A DNA stretch of 57,321 bases, filler included, from Sluysia triapertura (Eukaryota), in assembly GCA_046118255.1 (NCBI GenBank). It is 4 parts of 4 records of this genome, joined end to end, with 100 filler letters (N's around TTAATTAATTAA, not from the genome) between each part and the next. Parts side by side here need not be neighbours in the genome. Positions count along the whole stretch, not along the records: positions 12,159 to 23,371 come from JBJNIA010187268.1; positions 23,472 to 35,217 come from JBJNIA010174254.1; 2 more parts are not named here. One strand, 5' to 3'. This document shows, one piece after another, positions 12,159-25,171 of the stretch (the first letter of the stretch is position 1; each line of letters starts with the position of its first letter). Position numbers and translations under genes: made by a program. Under the pieces are notes generated by a model, which worked only from the letters and a program-made list of their open reading frames with translations, searched no databases and was not told the DNA's origin.

Positions 12159-13916
12159 TTGTTCTTCTATTTTATATCTGCTATCAACATTGTCGTTTCT
12201 TTTTTCTTCTATCTGTTTTATATTAATTATCTGACAGCTGTCTATTTCTTCTTCTTTTCATTCTTTTATATTTACTTTTATTGTTGGTTTATTTTATTAT
12301 TTTATTTTTATATTTGTATTTATACTTTCTTTATACTTGGTCATTGTTATAAGAATAATTATTATTATTATCACAATATAAGTACCGTCATTATTGTAAT
12401 CATTATGGATTTGTCTAAATGAAAATAACGACAAAGCAAGACAACATAATTTCATTGGACAGACGCATAGATCTTGGAAAGTGGATGAAAATGACGTCTG
12501 ACAATGATGATAATACAATAAAACTGATTGTGCCGGGTTTTCGTCTTTACAAGTAGCTTTACACGTAAATGCAGCTTTAAATATCATTTCAAATGGCATT
12601 ATTAAAGGAAATTAATGATAATAAATATTCTTGCTATTTTTGTTCTCTTTTCGAAATATTCACATACCGAAAACTCTCATTTGTATTCATAGAATACATT
12701 ATTAATAAAATTCATGATGTAGTATGCTATGCGGATGATATATCAATTTACAATAAGTTGTGAATTGTTTGACATCTTTGAAACTTTGATAAGCATTTAA
12801 GACCATTGAGTAAGCTTGTAAAATATTTAAAATCTTTAAAAATACTTGTAAAAATACAATTATTGTTACTGACAAAAGAGAAAAATAAATTAGAATGGTG
12901 TAAGTGAAAATACCTAGAACATTTTAATACTTTATTTTGGACCAAACAACTTTAGAATATTGGTAAAAACTTTAAGCATATAATATGACAAAGTCTTGAA
13001 TTTAATAAATTAATAAAGTTAATTAATTAATAAGATTAAAATCTTATTAATTTAATTCAGTAAAAATACGTTATTTTTATAAATAATATAAATACAATAG
13101 TGACTTTTCGATAAAGATATGGTTTGGTCGAATTCGTGCAAAGTCAAACTTATAATTAATTCTCAAAACGAAAACAATGAAATGAAAGTGAAATGAAAAT
13201 ATGGGATGATTGGTTTCTAATTTGGCTACAAATAGCTGAAAACTAAGATTAAATTCATTATTTTTTTGTATACATTGTTTATACTTTATGATCATTATTT
13301 TAATGTGAGAAGTAATTTTTAGATTTGAGTACAATTACTGCTAATCATTATTTAATTTTTTGCATTTTCTATCTGCAGAAGTTTGACAAGTCATGCTCGA
13401 TTATTAAAAGAGTGATTAGGAAATAAAAAACAGTACAAAAGGGAATAGTTGTAAAATGTGTATTACTGTTTCTTACATACATACACACACAAAGTACTCA
13501 CATGTAGCATTCGCATAATTTTATTAAAATTTACTATTGGAAATATTAAAATTTAAAGATATATATTATTCATTTTTTAAAATTCCGATTATTTTCGTCT
13601 AGTTTTACGATAGGGCACAAATTTCTAAAAATAAGCAGGAAGTTCGTCTTTAACTCCCAAAACTGGACATCCTGAAGCGGGAACATACTTGTAACTTATA
13701 TTTTTACCACAATTTTAGGAAAACGGATGCATTTTGTTTAAATATTATTGGCCACCATTTTTATTCATTATTGTGTTTATTTGTTTGACAGAGTATTTTA
13801 GTACAAGTTAGCACATTAAAACACGCATGGAATAAATTGTACTCATGTCACTCAAGTTAACTCAATAGGTCAGCAAATCATTAATATCAGCCAGCTCACT
13901 AAAAATAGCTCATTTA

Positions 13917-14180
13917 TGAGTCCACTTGATGCAAGTGATGTTGAAGCATGGATAAATTATGATGAAAGAATTGAAGCAGAAACTATTGATCAGGGAAGTA
14001 ATGATTCCGAAAATAAATCAGAGGATTCTTGTTCAAATATTCAAAATGAAAATGGTGAACAGACATAATTGGAGGATGCAGAGAAGTCATGGAGACTGTG
14101 CTCAAATTCAGAGAGCATATGTGTTGCAAAGAGAAATAGCTAAGCAGAAGTTTCAAATTAATTTTAGTGCACTGGATAAA
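13917..14180 (+). mobile_element. Possible pogo/Tigger transposase C-terminal remnant
   Basis: MSPLDASDVEAWINYDERIEAETIDQGSNDSENKSEDS resembles the acidic DV..W...D tail of Tigger-like proteins. Stops follow downstream. Confidence 0.35.
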
Positions 14181-14928
14181 ATTTTCTCTATTGTTAATGA
14201 AAATATTGGTCAATAATATTACTAAATTAATAATATTAAGTTTAATTCGATTTAAAAAATATATTCACATTGTCTTCTATTTCGTAACTTCTATCAATAA
14301 CTTAAAAAATTGATAAAATCTTCAATATAACATATATTATATAGAGAAAAGAAATTAATCATTATTATTTAATATGGTTTTTATTTGTTTTTTTTCCATT
14401 AATGTAATTTTCTTTCAGGACAAATAAAATTAAAGTTATAAAATGATAATGAAAATAAAATAAAATAAAATCGAAGATTATAATTGTATATAATTAAAAA
14501 ATTAATGATATAATTATTTGATATTAGTTAATAAAATAAGATTATTACTAATAATAGTCGTAATAATAATGATAATAATAATAATAATAAAAATATTTTC
14601 AAACAATCAAATCGCGTTTTAAAATTTTTGATATTTCATATAATAGAAATGTGTGTTTTAATAATACATGAATTATTTATTATATGTTTTCTTCTCTATT
14701 TAATTTAGAAGCAACTAGTGTTTTGTTTTGCTTTTATTTGAAATTTTGTTTGTCTAAGATATTGATAATAATGATAATTAATATTAAACTAATAATAATA
14801 TTATTATTTTTATAGTTTTGGAAGCTTTAGAATTGTTATTCGAGTAATTTAGAATTAAAAAAAGGTTTTTTAACATAACTCGACGTTGTTTGTTTTTTCT
14901 GTTTAATATTTTCGACTAAATTTAACAG

Positions 14929-16250
14929 ACGGCAAGACACGAAAAAATGTTATAGATAAATATCTACAAACCCAAACATATGATATTTCAATGATAAATA
15001 TTCCAGTGGGAACAATTGTTTTTTTCAATTTATAATTAATTATACACCGTATTTGAACCAGTCATCTTCATTCTCTACTTTTATATAGCAACGATGAAAT
15101 TTAAAACTGAAAATTATTTTTAGATGAATATTTTTGTACATCTTTGTAGAACTAACTTCAAAACATTGTCAAAGATAATCCTAAAACTTTAATTAGTAAA
15201 GCTTCATTTAACTGAACTTTGAACTTAATAATCAAAAAACATTATTCACATTAAAAAGCATTTCTAAGCTTTGTAGAACTTTTTTTATTAAAATAATTCT
15301 TTAAATTTATAATTGAATATTTTTAATTATTTACATATTTATAATATTTTATAATATAAGTTACCTTGATCAGTTTCAATATGCAACTAATTACATGTTT
15401 TCTTTTCTTTTAAGTGCTTTTTTGAGATATTTAAACATCAAAATTATTATTATTATTATTATCATTATTACTATTTTCTGCAGAATACATTGAAAATTAT
15501 TGAGGAGGAATCAGAATGTAAATGGAATAATTTGATTTGTACTCCCATTCTGGCTCGAAAAGAACCATATAAAGTTATTGCAGTCGTTTGTTTGTATAAT
15601 ATTGATCAAAATTATGTCGGGTTTGTCTAATTATTATCATTATTATCATTATGATAACATTATAATGCATTTCATTGTTTCAGAGCGACATTTTTCAAAT
15701 TACTGTCCCATCATAATTAATTATTGATTTGTTATTATAAAATATTACATGCTAAAAGTATTAGTCATTAAATTACGTATGTGTGTGTATTTTTGATTAG
15801 GTATTTTAGGTTACTTTATTTCATTTAGATTACTCACAGTCATAGTTTTATCTGATTTTAGTAATATCGAAATTTTAATAATAAATAATATTTATGTTTT
15901 GTTGAAGTCTTCTCCTATATTTATGATTTTATTTAGTAAATATGAAAATAGAAATTTATTAAATTGGTATTCATGTAATATTCGACACTTATTTAAATAT
16001 GTTACTACTATAATTACCTGCAGCATTGCTTACAGGCAAGAACAACGTTTGAAGATCAAAACAGAAGTTAGTTATATTATTACTATTATCATTATTGTAT
16101 TATTATTAATTGTGACGATTTATTATCATTATTATTATGTATCAAGACTATGTTACAAGTATCAATGAACATATTTCGTCAATTGGATGATTTACCGAAT
16201 CTTCTAAAAGAAATAATGATTGAAGCTAAGAAATTAACTGATGCGGAAAG
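14929..16250 (+). CDS. PDE2: cGMP-stimulated phosphodiesterase PDE2-like, partial (GAF-A to start of GAF-B); exons 14929-15005 (less certain), 15484-15620, 15937-16066, 16147-16250
   Basis: Phase-consistent GT-AG exons give LICTPILARKEPYKVIAVVCLYN...IRHLFKYVTTIITCSIAYRQEQRLKIKTE|TMLQVSMNIFRQLDDLPNLLKEIMIEAKKLTDAER. This is colinear with PDE2A ([80 protein letters not shown]). Confidence 0.85.
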
Positions 16251-16635
16251 GTTATTCAAAATGCTTAAGAAATTATTATTATTATCATTATTAGTATTAA
16301 TATTATTTCGTCTAAAGAGATATTTTAACAATATAATTAGTCAGAGAATTATAATGTAATGATAAAACAAAATCATAGAATTACACAGAAAATATATATC
16401 AAAATGAAACTTTAAATTACCTCAAATTTGTTATTGATTTTAGGTAGGATTTTTGTGTTTTTTTTAAATAATCTAAAATTTATTAGTAAGCAATAAATTA
16501 AAGAATTTTTTAAAAAGAAATAATATCTTTTTAATTTTTATAATTTCTAACCATCCTTATTTACACCGAATCAATCGATTATTCAATCAGTGTCGCGTGA
16601 AAGTTAGTTAGGCTATTTTAGTTAAATGTTTGGTT

Positions 16636-17496
16636 TGTTAGGTTGTTATCACAACCCTATAAAATAATTAAAAAATGTCATAATGACACTTTAAAACTAT
16701 TGAAAAATATTTAAACCCATCAAAAATTAATTAAAAGCATACAAAACATTTTAAAACCATTTATTAATTTTTAAAATTACTTAAATAAGAAATTATTTTT
16801 CCAAAAAAGAAAATAAAATTTCTAAAATAGAAAATTAACTTTTAAAAAATACAATAGAAGCTTCTATAATGTTCTAGAATATTCGAGAACATTCCATCGA
16901 TTTTCACTGGATGATGACTAATATATAAACTAGCATCAATACAATGAAAATCGCCATTTGATGGTCGCATTTTGGAAATTGCAAATTCGTTAATTCTACG
17001 TGCAGTTCAAGATAATTGTGAATTTAGTAACTGTCACAATTTCGAGCTATTCGTCAATCAATATTGGATACTATCAATATTTGGTAAATTGTATATTTGT
17101 TAAGGTAGATTTTAACTTTTTGAAGTTAAACTCATAAATTCCACTTAAATTTCTCATTAATTTATGAAGTTTTTTAAGTCTCGATATATTGAGGGGTAAA
17201 CTCCACATTAACTTTATTAGTACTAGATTAAACGCTCACTGAGCTTTAATCTTTAAATTATTTATTTTATTCTTATAATCTATAGTCTTAAGTGATTTGA
17301 ATTTTATTGTTTTTAGAATTTTTTGTGTTTTTAATTAATATCCTCACAATTAATTTGTCAGTTAGAGACGTTACTATTTAAGTGATCTTTTAACTTATTA
17401 GTTATAGAAACACCCACTATACGTTGTAAGACATTTACTGTAACTAGACCCTGCTCAAAAATATTTTGCCGTAGGTTAAGAGTTAGAAAAACCACT
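16636..17496 (+). mobile_element. Solo-LTR-like repeat, copy A
   Basis: Begins TGTTAGGTTG..CACAACCCT. Shares blocks with copies B and C: GAAGCTTCT..AATGTTCTAGA, CATTCCATC.ATTTTCA, TGATGAC, AATCGCCATTT, CTCGATATA..GAGG, CGTTGTAAGAC, TTTTGCCGTAGGTT..AGAAAA.CAC. Confidence 0.8.
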
Positions 17497-17548
17497 TTGT
17501 ATTATTTTTCTCATTTATTATTATTATCATTATTATGTTTTTACACAA

Positions 17549-17599
<51 letters not shown>

Positions 17600-18025
17600 T
17601 GAGTAGTTGTATTATATTCTCTAAAATTTAGTTTTGGATACAATATAAAAACGTTTAGTGATTCGTAGAGAAAAGAAGAGAAAACTAAATAAACCAATCA
17701 GATGAAATACAGTGTATGCGACTGATCTGCTTTCAACTATTATTTAAAATTTGTTTAAATAATTATAAAATCATCGTGTAACATAATTTAAATAGCTTTA
17801 ATAAGTTAATTTTATTTTTATAATAGGCAAATATAAATAATATCATTCAAAAAATTTATGAATCTTGACAATTGCTACATGAATAATTGAATTTAAGACG
17901 GATAGGTCATTTATATATAAAGGAGAAATATGTGTTTGATGAGAAGATATCAGGAAAAATTAATGTAACTTTAAAGACAAATGAAGAAAAATTTGTATAT
18001 ACTGCATTATGTTGCATTCACATAC

Positions 18026-18103
<78 letters not shown>

Positions 18104-21073
18104 CTTTTCATCATCATTCAGAGCTAAAAATTCATTTATAACAACTTTTTCATTTTCTTCTTTCTTTTTTTCAATTTTTTTCTGCTTTTTACGTTCTCGT
18201 TTTTCTTTTTGTTTTATTTTTTTCTTTTCTTTGGCATCTCGAAGTTTTTCTAATTCTTTTAATGGATCTGCACCACCTGGAACCTAAAAGAAAATTTAAA
18301 ATTTTTAGTTTACTGTGCAATTTATAGATATAACAATTCTACTGATTGCAAGTCAAATTGACGTATTCCAATAAAATTTTAAAACAATAAATAATTTGAC
18401 AATCTAACAAAATGTATGTAAAATGATCAATAGTACAAAATTGGATAAAATTTAAAACTTATAAATATGGAAATTGAGATTTATTTAACCACTTGACAGT
18501 TTTGCTCGAATTTCTCTTACACTGACGATCCCGTGTCTCGTTCACGGCAGGTTTTGTGATTTACTCGAGTATGTAACCTAATAGTCAATTAATAATAGTC
18601 TTTTTTACCCCTTTTCTCAAAAAAACGATGTTAAGTGGTTAACAGTTATGTAGTGATGGACGATATACTTAGTTAAAATTAAAATTATTAATAAAATTTC
18701 ATTATTATAACTATAATTAATTTGTATCCAATTTTCCATCTGTGAGCAATATGTTAAAAGTCCAATTTTCTGTGTGACTTTTAGAAATTTTAAATTACCT
18801 ATAAATCTTAAATGTTATAAATGTTAAACCTACATTATCGATTAGACAATTTGTATATATGATTAAATTGATAATCTTCATTAGAAAATTTTAGAAAATT
18901 TATGCAAAGAGCAATATTTTCATTAAGAAACAAGAAATGTAAATGTTACACCATCCGTAGATGATGATAGTAAAGCTGAAAATTTAGAAGACATGCTAAA
19001 GGTAAATAAATTCTGTATATATTCACAACAGTTACAAAACGTTTTCTAAAATAATGTTAATGATAATTATTTGAACACTTTGAGCTTGTAAAAATATTTG
19101 AAGAATGCTTAAATTCGTATAATCAAAAAAGTGAATGTTTGAATGTTATAATTTAACTTGTTATTGATTTAATTGTATGATGAGCCATTTTGATATTAAT
19201 AAAAGATTCAAAAAATTGAAAACTTGTATGCATAAATAATGACAAACCATTAAGAATTTCATAATAAAATATTATTGCAAATATTAATTATGATGAGCCA
19301 TTTAATTGGGCAAACCTGAATGCTCAATTAAATGTTAACGAATGAACTAATAAAGGAAAGAGGATGAATAATGGAATAATGGAAAAATGTTATATGTTGA
19401 ACAAAATTATAGAAATATTAATTATTAGTTAAATATTGAAAAATATAAAGCAATATATGAAATGATTTTAAATGAATATAGTTTAATTATTAATGAATCT
19501 ATAATCCGTAATTAATATTAATTAATATTATAATTAATTAATTATACTAAATCATATTTAATTTTAAATGAATATAATCAGTAGTTAATTTATGAATGAA
19601 TAATAATAAATGTGATGTTGCTTTCAATAAAATTATACATAAATTTTGTAATAATCTAAAGTTAATAATTTTGCTAATGATGCAGAAAAATAAAGTATAG
19701 TAAGATCTCCATATAACAAACACCAATTTTAAAAAATTCCATGTTCGTTAACAAATGTGTTAATGTGGTGTTCGTTATGTAGGGGTCTGACTGTATTATG
19801 TATGAAATTTTATTTAATTATTTTGTTACATTTCATCGATAGATTAATACACTTAGTATAAATAAAAAAATTTGTTTCGATTCGATTTCGGCAAATAACT
19901 TTGTATTAATCGGATTTGGGTAGTAATTCAATTTCAACAAATACAATGTAATTTTGGTAAATAATTTTGTATTATTATTAAAATTAAGTTTCCATCATTA
20001 AATTTTTATAAATAATTTTGTATATACGTTTGTTAATAAATATCTTGTTAAGTAAAATCTTAATTATTTGAAGAAAAGAGTTTGGGAAGTGGGATTTTTA
20101 AGAATTCTAAATAATTTATATTATTAATTTAGCAACTCCTAATAAAAATTAAGGAAAAAGAGGTTTTAATATTAAATCAATTGAGTAATTTAAAGAATAA
20201 GTCATAAATCAGGAAATCTAAAATTATCAAGACTGTAGTAGTAAATTTGTAAAGGAATCACAGTTTATAAACTTTTCGATTGTAATGTGATTATAGAGTA
20301 ACGCTTTGAAGAATTCGAATAAATAAAAGAAAGTTAACAAACGTATAATCGGAATATTTTGTCATAATAATGTACATTATAAATGTTACATTTTAACATA
20401 TTGAAAATTTTACATTACTCAAGAGTAAATTTTGAGAAAAATTGTAGTCAATTAAGACTTGAAATTAAACAAACCCTATTTTACAACAAATAGCCATTTA
20501 AATTGTTTAGGTGACAATGTGCCGTACTGAGAACACTGTATTCTAAACCTGTTTGTTTAATCTTTTTTAAGTACAAATATAGAAATTTTTAAAATCTCCA
20601 TTAATTTTGTTGAAAATATAATTTAAATTAAAAAGCCACAATGAAAAAAATCGCAAAATTACAAAAAATTAACAAACTCATAGCATTAATTAATAGAAAA
20701 TTAAAGTAGTTAATAATAGTTACCTTTGCTGCTGCATAATCATATTGATATGGGTTATCAAACATGTACTGTTTCATAATGTCACAAGCTTCATTTTTAC
20801 CTTGTTTTAGAGCAGAAACAAAAGGAGTTTCGTTATTATGATTTCTAACTGTAGGACAACAACCAGCTTCTAACAATAATCGAATAACCGAGAAACTGTT
20901 CTGAACTATAGAAACATGTAACATTGTTTGATTGCGTGTGTTTACCGGTAATGACAATAACTCGGCAACTTTTTCTGCAGATGTACTTAATAAAAGGTGT
21001 TCAAGATATGGTTTCAAATCTTCAGCTGAATCATTTAGCACGTAATGGAATATTTTTTCGCGAATTAAGTTAT
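18104..21073 (-). CDS. ANKZF1: ANKZF1/Vms1-like protein, partial; exons 21073-20724 (ankyrin repeats) and 18283-18104 (coiled coil); possible last exon 18001-17960
   Basis: QTMLHVS..VIRLLLEAGCCPTVRNHNNETPF...QYMFDNPYQYDYAAAK|VPGG...K/E coiled coil...EFLALNDDEK matches the ANKZF1 order ankyrin-(FM..NP.AYDY.KAQVPGP)-coil-(F.ALSDREK). Splice sites are canonical and phases match. Confidence 0.85.
18489..18638. mobile_element. Complete piggyBac-type MITE (150 bp) in an ANKZF1 intron
   Basis: TTAA|CCACTTGACA ... TGTTAAGTGG|TTAA. Confidence 0.8.
19698..19793. mobile_element. pogo/Tc1-type MITE (96 bp)
   Basis: TA flanks. 28-nt imperfect TIR: TAGTAAGATCTCCATATAACAAACACCA versus reverse complement CAGTCAGACCCCTACATAACGAACACCA. 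Confidence 0.65.
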
Positions 21074-21869
21074 CTGAAAATAATTATATTGTGTACATGT
21101 ATGCATAGCATGCAATAAAATTATATACTATTAATATTAAATTGTATCATTGCATATATGCATACATGTACTATTCTATATGTGGATATTTCAGTGTAAT
21201 ATATTAAGATACCAATAATTTCGCACTAGTAAATAGAAAATAAATATGAATGTATGTCAATTACATTAATAATAACATTACTTAACAATGTATAATATTC
21301 AGTAATTTTAACATTATTTAATATATAATATTCAGTAATTAACATTTTAATATTTTATAGAGTATATTAATAATTTAATAATCGTGGAATTCAAAATGGA
21401 GTGGTAAATAAGTTATTACTATTATATTACATTATAATATACATTATTCAAACTATAAAAATTAAAAAATTAAAAGTACAAAAAATTATTTTCAGTTTAA
21501 CATTTGTTACAATAAAAATTTGGTTTTGCTGCTATTATTATTATTTTGACATGAAATAAAATACAGATATATGATTTTATAATTACATGTACATACATTA
21601 CTATTTATAATTATAATTATTTGTAGAAATTATTATTACTAAAATTTATTTACCCAGAAAATTAAAATCAATTAAAATTTCTGTAGAAAATTATTCTGTT
21701 TATTTCATACTATTTATAATTATAATTATTATACTGAAATTATTTTGCTGCTATTTGTACCAATAAACCTGTAAAAATTATTATTATTATTATACTGAAT
21801 TTATTATTATTATTTTGGAATTGAATATAAAAAGACAATATTCTGTTTTAATCGTGCAATAACAAAAGT

Positions 21870-22022
21870 GAAAAACAATAATCGTATATTCGAAAGCGAA
21901 AAACAATAATCATATACTCGAAAGTGAAAAAACAATAATCGCATACTTGGAACTGAAAGACAACAGTCGTGCACTTGGAATCGAAAGATAATAATCATAT
22001 ATTTGGAATCGAACGACAATAA
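21870..22022. repeat. Minisatellite, about 5.5 copies of a 28-29-bp unit (GAAAAACAATAATCGTATATTCGAAAGC)
   Basis: Head-to-tail units with progressive divergence and no unique spacers. Confidence 0.85.
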
Positions 22023-23294
22023 AGCTATTATCTGTGAGTGATTATTTATTATTCTGTTTTTGTTTTTCCACGATTTTTTTATAGAATTAAAATAATTAAG
22101 TATTAATAAATAATTTTTCTTTATTATTATTTTGATTTTGCATAATTTAAAAAATCTTTTGAAATAGAGAATTTATGAAATTTGTAATAAATTAAATTTA
22201 TAAGAGTGAATTCACATAGAGAGATAAACTATTAAAGATACTAACTGCTAAGCACTTCCATCCTAAACATTTAGGACGAGTATTATAAGCTCACGCCTCC
22301 AGTTAAGTTTAACATAAAGTGATAATATTTAAATAAAATTTAAAGTAATTACGAGTTTTATAAAGAGATTTGAATTGATAACATATAGTGAGGATTTTAA
22401 TAATATAAATTAATATTTGAATATTTTAGTAATCGATAAGTAAGATCTAAATTCTTAAGAATAAAAATAAGTCAAGAGCAAGGCGATTGAATAAAAGAGC
22501 AGTAAAGAAAACAGAAAATTTTATTATATTTTGCAAAGTTATTTATTACAATATCATTTTGTTTAGTTTGAAAAATGATAGTGAAATGCTGGAATGGCTC
22601 ACGATTTTTGGAAATATGTAAAAATTATTGTATGTAATATTAACACTGATCACATAAATCCGAGATTATAGTATAAATGTAGCTGGAAACGTACATATCA
22701 CTAAAATAGTGAAATTTAAATGTGAATAATTGTGTTTTTCGTTATTAACAATTTGGATATTTTTTGTCCCTCGTTGTAGGCTTAGGCGTATAAATGTGAT
22801 GTAGTTTGTGTAATGATTATTAATAATGTTGAGACTTGCTATTTTTTAGATGTTATTAATGTTGAAAGGTGATTCACGTTTTGTACTTTTGAATAATTAA
22901 AGTCAAGGATAGTAAATTGATAAATGGGGTGTTGAAAAGTTTGATATTGTTTATTGAATGTTCTAAAGACTCGAAATGAATATATTTAAATGTTATGTGG
23001 TTGACATAAGTTGCTTTTTGACTTAGTAAATGTTCAAATTGCAAGTTAAGGAGTGAGCCAGCACATTAAGTATCTTTATACATTTGATTTTAATATATGA
23101 AATGGGCTTATCTTGATATTTTAAACTATAAACAGATTGTGTAATATCGTGAATACAATTAACTCGTCTTTTGTTTAGCAAAAATGGAAATACGATACAA
23201 AGTAAGATTTCAAGTTTTTGAACTTTCTTGTAAGATTAGCAATAAATTATAACAAAGAATATTACCTAACTAAAAATAAAATGTTACCTTAATC

Positions 23295-23320
23295 CAGGGG
23301 TCTTCAACCTGGGTTCCGCA
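23295..23320 (+). mobile_element. Possible hAT-type transposon terminus, cut off by the gap
   Basis: CAGGGGTCTTCAACCTGGG resembles CAGGGGTTCTCAA-type hAT TIRs. Confidence 0.35.
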
Positions 23321-23371
23321 ACTGATTAAGTCAAAACACATATAACATAATAACGATGTATACAACATAGA

Positions 23372-23471
23372 NNNNNNNNNNNNNNNNNNNNNNNNNNNNN
23401 NNNNNNNNNNNNNNNTTAATTAATTAANNNNNNNNNNNNNNNNNNNNNNNNNNNNNNNNNNNNNNNNNNNN
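23372..23471. other. Artificial assembly spacer
   Basis: N-run + TTAATTAATTAA + N-run. Confidence 0.97.
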
Positions 23472-23590
23472 ATTTATATTATAAATTGAGTAATTTGTAA
23501 TCTCTTTTTGTCTTTTTGGTAAATAAAACTTTTCTGATTAAAAGTCGTGTTTTGAATTATTACTAAATATTAAAATCATTATCAAACGCT

Positions 23591-24547
23591 AGACCGTAAT
23601 AAGGCTAGCTTAACATTCTAAAATCAAAGTTAGAGTTTTCAATAATTAGACCGTGAACGGCTAATTTAATATTTCATTGACAAGTTAGACCGCAAAAAGG
23701 CTAACTCAAAATCAGTTAATCTTATTATAAATATAACGTTTAAAACAAGTTAAAAAATCTTCTTAGGTAATCTTTAGAGTGACGCTTGATTATTTCATTA
23801 TTTCTTGCAGCAAATCCTAACAAGCCGCCGTCATTCTGACTTATGTCGTTTTCTGTTAGGCGAACTCTCTCCAGGCTACATTTGCATCGTAGGTTAGGTG
23901 AAAACCATCTTTGCACTATAAATGTTTTCTTCATGATTCTTTCTCGAACAGTATTTATAATGTTCTATCCATTACTTCATATCAATTTTTTCTTAATTTT
24001 TTTAGTTATATGCATTTTACTCATTTCCTAAGCCACGGTTTGGCAATCCAAACAATATTCTAAATGTTAGATTTGCGGAGGTTTTAACTTAAGAGAAACC
24101 TACTGAGCAAATTAGAGAAGGTGAGTCCGGCTAATTAGATACGCTTTACGTCAAAAAATGATGACGGTCAAATTAGACTTTCGTAGTTAATGATACTGAT
24201 AAGTTACTCGTTTTACGATCAAAAATAAAATTAGTAAGATGATTATATTTTTTAATCAATTATCAAAAATTAAGAAAGCCTTTTTTACGGTCCGCCAATA
24301 TAAAAGTTATTTTATAAATTAAATAAGCCTTTCTACGGTCTGATCAATGACTTTATGATTTTAATAAACAAGATATTAATATCGTTAAATTTTATTAAGC
24401 ACAAGAAGTAAGTACTTTACAACAAAAAGTATATAAAGATAAAAATATAATAATGATACTGATTTTTCTACCTTAAGCTTAAGGTTTAGGCGTTTGAAAC
24501 AATTAAAAAATTTAAAATTACAAATTGACTTAGCCTTTTTATGGTCT
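23591..24547. repeat. Two oppositely oriented arrays of the motif AGACCGTAAAAAGGCT (3 + 3 copies)
   Basis: Forward copies at 23591, 23648 and 23687. Reverse copies at 24277, 24326 and 24532. Confidence 0.75.
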
Positions 24548-25171
24548 AGGAAACAAATTAATATTTTAGGTAAGATTATAATTATGACCTTGTTTAAACC
24601 TATGTAATAAAAATTTACTTCTTAATCATGGAATATTTTATGGAATTAGATGTTTGATAACAATGAGAATCTTCTGATAGGGACCAAATAATTTTATGTC
24701 GTTCTTCCAAATCGAATTTTCAAGTATAACGAATATAATATTAAGCAACTATTTTTTGTTTATTTGAACTAATTCCAGAAAGATTTGTTTTATATACATA
24801 AATTGTTCTTCCATTTTGTTTATTTAAAATAATATTTTAGTAAAACAATTAATTCTAAAACAATATTATTTTTAAAATAAATAATTTACTTTATACTTTG
24901 AATAGTTGAATAATATAAAATTTATTTATTATTTTTTTATTTTGTCTTAAATATTTTTTAAATATAATATTTAATAATAACATTAAAATATAAAATGACA
25001 ATTGAATAATATTTAATAATAATATTAAAATATAGAATAAAATAAGAATAAAATGATAATTAATAGTCAAATAATAATAATTAATAATCAATAAAATCAA
25101 ATATTAATAATTATCACATAAAATCAAAATAAAATAAAAAAATTGACGATTTATGAAATCATGTCTTTACA

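Noticed and set aside
12297-12599. Cys-rich minus-strand ORF, or the plus-strand MKITTKQDN.. frame as a first PDE2 exon
   Set aside because: Strand and frame are ambiguous and I recognised no homology.
18009-18287. Poly-Ile membrane ORF on the plus strand
   Set aside because: It is the (AAT)n microsatellite plus the antisense of the ANKZF1 coiled-coil exon.
21870-22022. Possible CRISPR-like array
   Set aside because: The units are contiguous with no unique spacers, there are no cas genes, and the context is eukaryotic.
22272-22330. Inverted match to about 33930-33985
   Set aside because: A real but short dispersed repeat fragment on different contigs, with no structural meaning.
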